Shown here piece by piece: positions 15,653 to 24,466 of a DNA stretch of 64,000 nucleotides. A model generated the notes under the pieces. The model was not told the DNA's origin, did no database searches, and saw only the letters and a list, made by a program, of their open reading frames with translations. Within the stretch, counting starts at the first letter, position 1. Every line of letters begins with the position of its first letter. The DNA is from a virus: the IMG/VR virus record IMGVR_UViG_3300025930_000008, positions 43,023 through 107,022 of that record; one strand, written 5' to 3'. Both the position numbers and the translations under genes were made by a program.

Positions 15653-15839
15653 TACGACTACAAAGAAGGAAGCAGTATACAATTACCTGCGTAAGAACCG
15701 CAGGTACATTCCCGGCCCCGAGATTGAGGCGGCTGGTGGTCTACGTAGGCTCCGTGAGCTACGTTCTGAGGGCAAGAATATTGTCTCTCGTAAGAACCCT
15801 AAGACTGGTGCCTGGGAGTACCGTCTACAGGGTAAGTAA
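15642..15839 (+). CDS. small winged-HTH protein
   Basis: V.NYL...GLRRLRELRSEG.NI...WEYRL. Confidence 0.65.
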   Translation: MSISTTTKKEAVYNYLRKNRRYIPGPEIEAAGGLRRLRELRSEGKNIVSRKNPKTGAWEYRLQGK

Positions 15840-18800
15840 TGCAATTCGCTCCACTACACAATCACTCAGAATACTCCGCACTAGACGGGTTCTCTACCTG
15901 TGAGGAAATAGCGGAGCGATGCGTTGAATTGGGGTGTCCCTGCTGCGGTATCACAGATCACGGTACTGTGGCAGGGCACCTTGAATTCGCTAAGGCCCTA
16001 GCTAAGAGGGATATCAAGCCTATCTTTGGTACAGAATTGTACCACGGAGTCAAGCCCAAAGGTTACAAGGGCTGGACTCGGAACGAGCGTGACCAGGCGC
16101 ACCTAGTTGTGGGTGCCATGACGAATGAGGGCCTACGTAACCTATGGCGACTGAATGATATCGCCAGTCAGAACTTTCGATACGTAGGGAGGGTGACGTG
16201 GGATGATCTTGAGGGCTATTCAGACGGTCTTTTTTGCACTACAGCTTGCATCGCTAGTCTCGTATCTAGTGAGTTGCTTGCCGGACACTCGGAGTCTCTA
16301 AATAAGTACGTAGAGATATTCAAGGATAATCTCTACGTTGAGTTACACACCTATCCCAGCCCTGACCAAGAGCAGATCAACCTGGCTCTTTGTCAAATTG
16401 CAACGGAACGTGGACTCCCCGTAGTATACGCTAACGATGCCCACTTTGCCTATCCCGGGCAGTATGCGCAGCACGATGCTTATGTTGCCATGCAGACCGG
16501 GGAATCCATTGACACTCCGATCAATGACCGTAAGATGTGGCACCCCTTTGCGTTGTATATGATGGACGAAACGGAGATTCGCAACCATTTACATTACCTG
16601 CCTGACTCTGTAGTTGATGAGGCGTTGTCAAATACCGTCGCGCTCGGCAGCCGCTGTAATGTCAGCCTCCCATCTATCAAGCCACATCTCCCTATCTTCA
16701 TCCCCAAGCATTGCGAATTCGTCCCCGAACATCATCGTGAGGACAATGCGAGCAAGCTCTTTATCGACCTTGTTGAGAATGGCCTCAAGGATCGCTACGG
16801 AGAGGACGCCGGGGATGAGGTATGGCAGCGCGCGAATAAGGAAATGGAGGCTTTCTTTGCAGGAGGGCTTCATCACTATTTCTTACAAGCGTGGGACTTC
16901 TGTCAGTTCTGTGATGCAAATGGCATAGAACGGGGTCCGGGTCGTGGATCGGCGGCGGGAGCGCTTGTTTCTTACGCGCTTGGTATTACGGACGTTGACC
17001 CACTTCGTTACCAACTCTCTTTCGAGAGGTTTTGGAACGCTGGTCGAGCTAAAGGCTTCCCCGATATAGACAATGATTTCCCCGTTTATGAGCGTGAGAG
17101 GATTAAGGAGTACCTCACTCGTAGGTGGGGCGGCGACAACGTACGCAGCATAGGCACGGTGACCCGGCTGAAACCGAAAGCTGCCCTTGATAAGACTTAC
17201 AGGGTATTTGGCGTCGAGTTTCAAGAGAAAGAATCCATCAAAAAGATTGTCAACACTGTACCTGACCTCAACATTCTCGGTGCCGACTCGGTGGGCTGGA
17301 AAGATGACGGTGGCGGTAAGACGATCTACGTGTGGTCACATGTTGGTCGGCAGATAAAGCAGTACGTTGAGCAGCGTCCACCTGATCGTCAAACTGTCCT
17401 GTGGAAGTGGCTTGATTTCGTGGAGGCTGTGTGTTCCCGTGTTTCAGGATACGGCGTACATGCCTCAGGAGTCGTTGTGTCCGATGTGCCATTGAGTGAT
17501 GAGTTGCCTAGTTTCTGGTCAGCTACAGGTAACACTCAGGCGACGATGTTCCCGATGGCCGACGTGGATAAGCGCGGATTCATCAAGCAGGACATTCTTG
17601 GCCTGCGGAATCTAGACACTCTACAGGAGTGGAAGCGCCTCGTCAAGCTGAACCACGGCATTGATATCAAGTGGTCAGGATTAGAGGCTAAGCAGCACCC
17701 ACTTGAGATGTGGGAAATGCTGGACAAGGGACTCACCACGGGTGTGTTCCAAATTGAGACTAGTCCACCTGTGAGAAAGCTGACCATGGAATTCAAGCCA
17801 CGCTCAGTCGAGGACTTGTCAGTTATTGTGGCCTTGAACCGTCCCGGCCCACTACGTAGTGGTACGGGTGAAAGGTTCGTAGCCCGCCGTAATGGCCTAG
17901 AGCCGATCCAATACGACCACCCCTTTCTTGAGGATATCCTAGATGAAACTTATGGACTGTTTCTATATCAGGAGCAGGTCATCGCGCTGTTCAGTAAGCT
18001 AGGTCTATCTGAGTCTGATGCTGATGCGATCCGTAAGGTACTAGGCAAGAAGAATAATGAGGATTGGCAAGCGGTCAAGAATGGTGAAGGGGAGTGGCAA
18101 GATAAGGGCTTTTTCGATCTTGCTCGCCGTGTTATGGATGAGGGTTCTGCGCAGGTTATATGGAACCGCCTTGAGGAATTCGCTAAGTACAGCTTCAACA
18201 AGTCGCACTCCATCGCTTATGCAACGATTGCGTTTCGTACGCTCTATGCGAAGTATTACGCGCCAACAGAATTCATCATGGCATGTATACGAACCAATAA
18301 CGAAGATGCAGCTTTATACGTGGCTGAGGGACGACGCATCGGAGTGCCAGTATTGCCTCCGGATATTAGAAAATCCGGTGCTGAGGTTGGCGTTACCGAT
18401 GGAGCTATCTACTATGGACTCGCAAACGTTAAGGGTGTGGGCCTATCATCTGCACGGTATCTCTCCCAACTTGTCAAAACACATTCATGCTTTACGCCCG
18501 CCGACGTTGAAACGGCGTTAGAGGTAGAAGATGCGGCGTGGCGAAAGAGAAAAGAGGCTCATCAGGCTAATAATGTCACAGCCTTCCGCGAGCGCTCACC
18601 CCGTAGCCAGTGTCGATCCAATATCATTGAGGCCCTTGAGAGAGTTGGGGCCTTTGACAATTACAAAGAAAGAACTGTATCTCTGGCTGAACAGCAAGCC
18701 GCCGAGACTGAACTCTTGGGCATTGTTCTTAGCGACAACACTCAGGAAGCGCTAGATAGAAACTCCGATCTGGTAGAAGAATGTGACGATTACCAGGAGT

Positions 18801-19057
18801 TTATTGATTCTATCTCAGCGGGTGCGCGTGCTAAACTAGCAGGTATAGTTTCAAATATTCGTCCAACTCAAACGAAGGCGACTGGCTCTGACATGGCTAT
18901 CGTCACCATCGAAATGGGGCAGGACAACATTGAGTTCGCTGTATTCCCACGTCAATGGGAGTCCTACAAGTTTTTATGGAAGGAACGAACCGCTGGAATA
19001 TTCAACCTTAAGAAGTCGGACAGAGGAACCTTCTTTGAGGACGGAATCAAACTCTAA
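15839..19057 (+). CDS. dnaE: DNA polymerase III alpha subunit
   Basis: PHP LHNHSEYS.LDG, ITDHG, GRGSAAG, PDIDND, GVFQ, YQEQ, YSFNKSH, C-terminal OB fold. Confidence 0.97.
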   Translation: MQFAPLHNHSEYSALDGFSTCEEIAERCVELGCPCCGITDHGTVAGHLEFAKALAKRDIKPIFGTELYHGVKPKGYKGWTRNERDQAHLVVGAMTNEGLRNLWRLNDIASQNFRYVGRVTWDDLEGYSDGLFCTTACIASLVSSELLAGHSESLNKYVEIFKDNLYVELHTYPSPDQEQINLALCQIATERGLPVVYANDAHFAYPGQYAQHDAYVAMQTGESIDTPINDRKMWHPFALYMMDETEIRNHLHYLPDSVVDEALSNTVALGSRCNVSLPSIKPHLPIFIPKHCEFVPEHHREDNASKLFIDLVENGLKDRYGEDAGDEVWQRANKEMEAFFAGGLHHYFLQAWDFCQFCDANGIERGPGRGSAAGALVSYALGITDVDPLRYQLSFERFWNAGRAKGFPDIDNDFPVYERERIKEYLTRRWGGDNVRSIGTVTRLKPKAALDKTYRVFGVEFQEKESIKKIVNTVPDLNILGADSVGWKDDGGGKTIYVWSHVGRQIKQYVEQRPPDRQTVLWKWLDFVEAVCSRVSGYGVHASGVVVSDVPLSDELPSFWSATGNTQATMFPMADVDKRGFIKQDILGLRNLDTLQEWKRLVKLNHGIDIKWSGLEAKQHPLEMWEMLDKGLTTGVFQIETSPPVRKLTMEFKPRSVEDLSVIVALNRPGPLRSGTGERFVARRNGLEPIQYDHPFLEDILDETYGLFLYQEQVIALFSKLGLSESDADAIRKVLGKKNNEDWQAVKNGEGEWQDKGFFDLARRVMDEGSAQVIWNRLEEFAKYSFNKSHSIAYATIAFRTLYAKYYAPTEFIMACIRTNNEDAALYVAEGRRIGVPVLPPDIRKSGAEVGVTDGAIYYGLANVKGVGLSSARYLSQLVKTHSCFTPADVETALEVEDAAWRKRKEAHQANNVTAFRERSPRSQCRSNIIEALERVGAFDNYKERTVSLAEQQAAETELLGIVLSDNTQEALDRNSDLVEECDDYQEFIDSISAGARAKLAGIVSNIRPTQTKATGSDMAIVTIEMGQDNIEFAVFPRQWESYKFLWKERTAGIFNLKKSDRGTFFEDGIKL

Positions 19058-19220
19058 GCTGCATCGAGCAGTCCGAGCGCAACAGAAGGCCAAGCTACAA
19101 ACTTACATGGCCTTGATGGAACAACGTCTACCTATCCCCGCTGACTTAAGAAGGGACGTAGAAGAGAAAATACCTGTAACCAGAAAGTATCTAAGAGATT
19201 GGCTAACGTATACGACATAG
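19035..19220 (+). CDS. hypothetical protein (start uncertain)
   Basis: Fills the dnaE-recA gap. Confidence 0.45.
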   Translation: MRTESNSKLHRAVRAQQKAKLQTYMALMEQRLPIPADLRRDVEEKIPVTRKYLRDWLTYTT

Positions 19221-20245
19221 CAAAGAAATACGAGAAGAAATATGGGCATCAAGCTAGCGCTGGTGGCAGGTTCAATCGAGTTATTGACGTTACTAGCACG
19301 GGGATATTATCGCTGGACTACGCACTTGGTACCGGAGGCTGGGAAGAGGGGACTATCAACGAAGTATTTGGTCCTCCTGATATTGGCAAGTCGTCTATCA
19401 TCGGCTTTAACGCGATTATAGAACAGCAAAAGAAGGGCCGTATCTGTGCAATCGTAGCACTAGAGCCTGGGTTTGATCCTAAGTGGGCTGAAAAGAATGG
19501 AGTAGACCTTGACAAAGTTATCATCGGGTGGCCGGACAATGGTGAAGATGCGTTCAACATGGCGTACGACTTTGTTCTCGATGAGAATATTGGGTTTGTT
19601 CTCTTTGATTCTATTGGTGCGGTGCTTCGACCTTCTGAGGCAGGCGATAAGGGAAAGCCCTCTCAAGGTGGGCAAAGCGCTCTTATTACGTGGGGAGTCA
19701 AAAGGCTTCAAATGCCAGCCTGGAAGCGAAAGAAAACCGTAATCCTACTGAATCAGGTCAGGGACGATATGAACGCTCGCATCCCTGGTCTAGTGGATTC
19801 GCCCGGAGGCCACGCGCTCAAACATACCTGTGAAGTACGCATCCAATTGCGGCCTGGTAGCGATCAGTATAAGGTCCGCGTTGGTAGTGGTGACGACGCT
19901 CACGATGTTACTGTAGGTAGGTCAATTATCGCCATCGTCAAGCGTACTAAGAGGGCAGAGGGCACGAATGCCCGCGCTGTCTTTGACTTCTACTCTATGG
20001 AAACCGAGCATCTACCGTTCGGCGTAGACAAAGAGTGGGACATTATCAATACCGCCAAGCGTGCTGGTGTATTCTCCGGTACCGGTTGGCTTTACCATCA
20101 ATCATTCCCAGATGGCAAGCTACATGGCAAGGACGCTGTAGCTCAGTTCCTAAAGGACAATCCACTAATCGTGGAGGGAATCAAAAACGAAGTTATAGCT
20201 CAAGTGAGAAAAAATGAACGGCAAGCAGCTAGCGAAGATACATGA
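19199..20245 (+). CDS. recA: RecA-like recombinase
   Basis: STG.LSLD.ALG.GG, EVFGPPDIGKS, DSIGA, NQVRD, PGGHALK. Confidence 0.93.
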   Translation: MANVYDIAKKYEKKYGHQASAGGRFNRVIDVTSTGILSLDYALGTGGWEEGTINEVFGPPDIGKSSIIGFNAIIEQQKKGRICAIVALEPGFDPKWAEKNGVDLDKVIIGWPDNGEDAFNMAYDFVLDENIGFVLFDSIGAVLRPSEAGDKGKPSQGGQSALITWGVKRLQMPAWKRKKTVILLNQVRDDMNARIPGLVDSPGGHALKHTCEVRIQLRPGSDQYKVRVGSGDDAHDVTVGRSIIAIVKRTKRAEGTNARAVFDFYSMETEHLPFGVDKEWDIINTAKRAGVFSGTGWLYHQSFPDGKLHGKDAVAQFLKDNPLIVEGIKNEVIAQVRKNERQAASEDT

Positions 20246-20549
20246 GGAATGGGTAGCTAAACAATATGATGGAAGGCGCTCTCGTACCTCGGGAGCGTCC
20301 CCTGTAGATAAAGGCGATGTGTCCACCGGCACTCACTTGTATGAGTGCAAACTCCGTGGTGCCCCTGGTGGACCATCTATGCGCACGACACAGATGCGTT
20401 GGATGGAAAAGGTCGCTGATGAGGCATGGGCCGAGGGTAAGCAACCCGCTCTATGCTTACGCTATTATTGTCCTGAGTCAATTTTAGCCAACCATGAAGG
20501 CTGGGTTGACTTCACCCTCCGACTAACGAGGGATGATAGTGGCAATTAG
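20214..20549 (+). CDS. PD-(D/E)xK Holliday-junction-resolvase-like nuclease
   Basis: HE...A...GRR...SGA...KGDV...YECK. Confidence 0.75.
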   Translation: MNGKQLAKIHEEWVAKQYDGRRSRTSGASPVDKGDVSTGTHLYECKLRGAPGGPSMRTTQMRWMEKVADEAWAEGKQPALCLRYYCPESILANHEGWVDFTLRLTRDDSGN

Positions 20550-21261
20550 GCTCAAGAAAGATACCTTTGTCCGCAACCTTGTCAAGAATCACAAACTAGC
20601 CGGACACATCGACAAATCAATTGGTGAGGGCGAGTTCAATTGGCATGCAGAATTCAAGGTCAAGCAAGGCGATGACGGATTTCATCCTAGTAGTGACTGC
20701 ACTCCAAGCGTATTTAATCTATTTCGTAGTCGGACAACGGATAGTAAGGGCATCTCTACGGGGCTAAGCAAAGCCTTTCAAGTTGGACACTTCTGGCACG
20801 CTTACATTCAATGGATTGTCGTAGAAAGATTAGGCTATGCGTCATGGGATGAAATCGAAGTCCGAGGCCAACGTCGCTGGGCGGATGGCCCTTATGGTTG
20901 GGCTACTGGTAGTGCTGATATCGCCCCTTGTCATATACCTAGTGCTGGGGATTATCTCATTGATATAAAAACCATGAGAGCGCCTGACTTCAAGCAACAG
21001 GGCTTGCCTTCGTGGTGTGCGGAGAAATACGAATGCCAGGTCAATATCTATATGGACTGGTTTGACTTAGATGAAGCGATCATTCTTTGTGTCTGCAAAG
21101 ACTCCCCTCATGAGTTTAAGGAATTCCGCTTTGAACGAAACCCTGAGCTTGTTGAGGCCATATATAGTAAGTGGCGACTTGCCGGTGACTGTATACAAAC
21201 TGGAACCGTACCGGACGAAACTTACACGATCCCGCTGCCAACGGTGGGTCCAAGGTTGTAA
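20533..21261 (+). CDS. Cas4-like PD-(D/E)xK exonuclease
   Basis: HPS..C, G..WH, GSAD, IDIKT, QVNIY. Confidence 0.75.
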   Translation: MIVAIRLKKDTFVRNLVKNHKLAGHIDKSIGEGEFNWHAEFKVKQGDDGFHPSSDCTPSVFNLFRSRTTDSKGISTGLSKAFQVGHFWHAYIQWIVVERLGYASWDEIEVRGQRRWADGPYGWATGSADIAPCHIPSAGDYLIDIKTMRAPDFKQQGLPSWCAEKYECQVNIYMDWFDLDEAIILCVCKDSPHEFKEFRFERNPELVEAIYSKWRLAGDCIQTGTVPDETYTIPLPTVGPRL

Positions 21262-21267
21262 CTGGTA

Positions 21268-21393
21268 ATGTTTAGACAGAAGTGGACAGAAGCCGAGATA
21301 CGGCAGATAGCCCGCGAGGAAGCGTACAAACTCCTAAAGGATTATGATAAGCGGTTAGGAGCAGCCTTCCGTGGGGATCAGAAAAAGAAATAA
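21268..21393 (+). CDS. hypothetical protein (41 aa)
   Basis: MFRQKWTEAEIRQIAREEAYKLLKDYDKR...; not in the ORF track. Confidence 0.55.
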   Translation: MFRQKWTEAEIRQIAREEAYKLLKDYDKRLGAAFRGDQKKK

Positions 21394-21546
21394 CCGTAGT
21401 GCGTGTTACACTGAAATGAATGCGAATTGTACGAATTCCTTCGTCTAAAGGTGGATGGCCTTCGCCTACTGAACGTGTCTACAATGTAGACATAGGACCT
21501 TTGGGGCTGACAATCAGTCGTAAAGGAGTCATGTGGATAACCAAAC

Positions 21547-22041
21547 ATGCGGGTCCTGGCTTTCGACCCTGGCGCTAAGCGCATGGGTTATGCCATTCTT
21601 GAGAATGGCCCCGTCTATATAGATTCAGGTATAGAAACATGCATACGGTTCCCTAACGAGCCGTATCAGGAGTACCGGGCGCGTCTTATTGACCAGTGGG
21701 TCGGACGCGCCTTTACTATGTGTAAGCAGTACCACCCTGATTTGGTTGCTTATGAAACTCTTCCAGTCAGGGGGTTTCGAGATATGTCGCAGGCGTTGTT
21801 AGCTGCTACGGCCATCACGACGGTCCACGCTGTAGCAATTTACCAACATCTACAAGTGTCAACCTATGCTGCTAACTCTGTAAAAGCCCGGATAGCGGGA
21901 AGTAATAAGGCAACCAAAGTTGGGGTACGGAAGGGCGTCCAACTCTTTCTACCGGAACTTGACGTTCCTGGCTGGCCTCAATACCCCGACGAATCAGACG
22001 CGGTTGCAATAGGTCTAACCGCATTGGGGTATAAACTATAA
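21547..22041 (+). CDS. ruvC: RuvC-like resolvase
   Basis: VLAFDPG...GYA, AYE, K..IAG..KATK, DESDAVAI. Confidence 0.88.
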   Translation: MRVLAFDPGAKRMGYAILENGPVYIDSGIETCIRFPNEPYQEYRARLIDQWVGRAFTMCKQYHPDLVAYETLPVRGFRDMSQALLAATAITTVHAVAIYQHLQVSTYAANSVKARIAGSNKATKVGVRKGVQLFLPELDVPGWPQYPDESDAVAIGLTALGYKL

Positions 22042-22043
22042 AC

Positions 22044-22559
22044 ATGGCACAAGCCAAAGGCAAGCTAACGGAAGAAATTCCCAAGCACCGAATTCTCCGA
22101 GAGGTCTACAGACACTACTTGGAGTTTAGACAATACGTTTCGGACACCGGAAACCACGTCATCGAACATGGGTATTTCTTATACGATGACGAAGGTAACA
22201 TAAAGGATAAGGTCACGATCAAGATTTCCTTCTGGGACTTGTTCAACGGCCTCAAGGATTTGTCTCCACGTAAGCGTGAGGCGGTCTGGTTCAATGTTAT
22301 CCTAGATCAGAAGCAGCGTGATGTTGCCAAGAAAATGGAAATCACGACTGTCTCAGTAGGACAGTATGTAGAGCAAGCAATGTTACAGTTAAGCGAACAC
22401 TACTTCGCTGACGAGTCAAGTGAGGGTACAAGTGAAGTCGAGGTATTACCAGTCGTCGGGGACAGTGAAAGTCCACCGGAGTTACAACCGACTAAGAAGC
22501 AAGCAAAGGTACATAGAAAAACAAATCGGGGGAGACAGAAGGAAAACTGTGTGGCGTAA
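22044..22559 (+). CDS. sigma70 region-4-type HTH protein
   Basis: LSPRKREAV...QRDVAKKMEITTVSV..Y...AM..L; no recognisable region 2. Confidence 0.75.
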   Translation: MAQAKGKLTEEIPKHRILREVYRHYLEFRQYVSDTGNHVIEHGYFLYDDEGNIKDKVTIKISFWDLFNGLKDLSPRKREAVWFNVILDQKQRDVAKKMEITTVSVGQYVEQAMLQLSEHYFADESSEGTSEVEVLPVVGDSESPPELQPTKKQAKVHRKTNRGRQKENCVA

Positions 22560-23010
22560 AGATGAAGAAGCACCAGAATACGTTGAAGGACGCAGCTACA
22601 CGAATAGAGAAAAGGAGCTTATTGCTGACTCCCTTCTCCGCGACGATGCGCGTAGCGAAGTATGCAGAGTATGCAAAGCATCTGGGAGTCCAACAGGGCG
22701 AACTGAAACTATGGCTCAGCCCGCCGTCGATCAGGGAGGACATGCTCTTTCGCTTGAATTCCCGGAATTTTCTTGCCCCGCCGGTCATATCTGGTTTCAG
22801 GGTGAGGGCGAAGCAAGAGGCATCGGAGGAAAAGACCCAATTCTCTTTGAAGAACATCTAGCTAATCGCCGTCGCAGGGAAATCTTGCCTGCTAATGGCG
22901 TACCTGACCCGTCTATCGTGGCTGGAATATATAACCGAACTCATCCACAAGGACGCAAAGTCAACAGTGAGGAACAACGTAAGAAGAACGGAGCTAGCTT
23001 CTTTAGATAG
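22420..23010 (+). CDS. hypothetical Zn-ribbon protein (true start may be GTG 22549)
   Basis: CRVC...CPAGH. Confidence 0.7.
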   Translation: MRVQVKSRYYQSSGTVKVHRSYNRLRSKQRYIEKQIGGDRRKTVWRKDEEAPEYVEGRSYTNREKELIADSLLRDDARSEVCRVCKASGSPTGRTETMAQPAVDQGGHALSLEFPEFSCPAGHIWFQGEGEARGIGGKDPILFEEHLANRRRREILPANGVPDPSIVAGIYNRTHPQGRKVNSEEQRKKNGASFFR

Positions 23011-23020
23011 GGGTGATAAA

Positions 23021-23233
23021 ATGGACATTTTAGTTGATGCGGTCAAAACGTTTGAGCCTATCAGTATCCCCATTGCCAAGGTGCGGGAATACGAAAAGCC
23101 GGATGAGTGCAGTCTGATGGAATGGATGCCTAATCTGCCAGATATGGGCAGGATGGCGGTGTGTCCAGAATGTGATGAGGAAGCTCTCATCATAGATGGT
23201 GATTACATTTGTTTGAATTGTAGGATAGGATAA
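23021..23233 (+). CDS. small Zn-ribbon protein
   Basis: CPEC...CLNC; GGGGTG upstream. Confidence 0.6.
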   Translation: MDILVDAVKTFEPISIPIAKVREYEKPDECSLMEWMPNLPDMGRMAVCPECDEEALIIDGDYICLNCRIG

Positions 23234-23541
23234 TGGACTGGCTACGCCTTATCCTCATTGCCTCGGCTGGGGTCGTGGGATTACTCTATCTGTGGACTGC
23301 TATTAAGGCGGCTCACTTTGCTTGGGTCTACACTGAGCGTAGGCGCTGGAATATCGGTAGAGTATGTGCCGGGTTAGGCGTAGTCCTTATCAATACCGGA
23401 ACGATCCAAGTAGCCATCGCTCGTTGGGGGTTGAACCATCATTGGGGCACCTGGATCGTTTGTCTAGGTGAGATTGTCCTGATGTACGGCTGGATACTGT
23501 CAGGCCGTGTCACTATCAAGGCTGGACATACCGTCTATTAA
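23233..23541 (+). CDS. membrane protein
   Basis: 3 hydrophobic helices; TAATG-coupled. Confidence 0.7.
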   Translation: MDWLRLILIASAGVVGLLYLWTAIKAAHFAWVYTERRRWNIGRVCAGLGVVLINTGTIQVAIARWGLNHHWGTWIVCLGEIVLMYGWILSGRVTIKAGHTVY

Positions 23542-23549
23542 ACTGACAG

Positions 23550-24260
23550 ATGCCTAAGTTCAATCAACCCGCAAATAAGCCAAATTCTAGGAATGTCCCT
23601 GCCAAGAAAAGCCAATCCCTCGGTGTGCCCCTTATCATCGAGCCAAAATGCAAAGTATGTCAAAGTCCACACCGGCACGTCATTGACCAAATGCTCGTTG
23701 GGGGTGCCCTCACCTATTCCGAAATTGAGCGCCAATTTGTTTTCGCAGGCATACCTAGACGGTCAATCTCTTCCCATGCTCAGAAGCATCTTGGCTATGA
23801 AGAGACAGCTATTAGAGAGGTCATCGAGCGGGAAGCAGCTACCGCCCGACGTAATCACGAAGAGGGTGTTTCACGACTGGTTACAAAGAACGCCTACCTA
23901 GAGCTAGCTCTACAGAAGGCGTGGGACGCACTGATAAAAGACATTGCAATAGTTGAGCCGAAAGATGCTGTTAAGGTCATCGAAACTCTCCAACGATTCC
24001 AAGACAATAACCAAGAAGCTGCACTAGATGAACTCCGAGTACAATTCAATATGTTCATGCAGGCAGTTAAAGAAGTGGTTGAGCGGGACCGATGGGAAGA
24101 TATCGTGGGGCGCACCGCTGACCTACTCCGAGCGAGTGGACGTACTGTTGACTTCGACAAAGCTGGCGAACCTCAAGCAGACGAAGGATTCACAGAAATC
24201 TCGCCAAAAGAACTTGAAGAAGTCATATCGGACGTGCAGGTGGTAGATGCAGGTAGTTAG
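23550..24260 (+). CDS. Zn-finger/HTH protein, possible terminase small subunit
   Basis: CKVC...TYSEIERQ...SIS.H..KH then helical oligomerisation-like region; function inferred. Confidence 0.5.
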   Translation: MPKFNQPANKPNSRNVPAKKSQSLGVPLIIEPKCKVCQSPHRHVIDQMLVGGALTYSEIERQFVFAGIPRRSISSHAQKHLGYEETAIREVIEREAATARRNHEEGVSRLVTKNAYLELALQKAWDALIKDIAIVEPKDAVKVIETLQRFQDNNQEAALDELRVQFNMFMQAVKEVVERDRWEDIVGRTADLLRASGRTVDFDKAGEPQADEGFTEISPKELEEVISDVQVVDAGS

Positions 24261-24268
24261 CTGTTTCT

Positions 24269-24466
24269 GTGGAAAGGTGTATACTGGTGTCGTATGTCCG
24301 AAATGTGGTCGGGCGGCTCTCCCGGTTATTCGACCGCCACGTCCCTAAACTCTGTACCAAATGTGGTAAGCCCATGTCTGTCCGGGAAAAGAGGACAGGC
24401 GATCTTTGTACGAAATGTAAAGAGCTTGCCATGTTGGAAGCTCTATGGGAACTTACTCACTCCTAG
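24269..24466 (+). CDS. small Zn-ribbon protein
   Basis: CTKC...CTKC. Confidence 0.5.
   Translation: MERCILVSYVRNVVGRLSRLFDRHVPKLCTKCGKPMSVREKRTGDLCTKCKELAMLEALWELTHS

Noticed and set aside
5436-20245. Inteins, introns or homing endonucleases in nrdJ, dnaB, dnaE or recA
   Set aside because: Lengths are compact and no intein splice or LAGLIDADG/HNH motifs are apparent.
20533-21261. CRISPR-Cas association of the Cas4-like gene
   Set aside because: No repeat-spacer array or other cas genes seen; the context is recombination.
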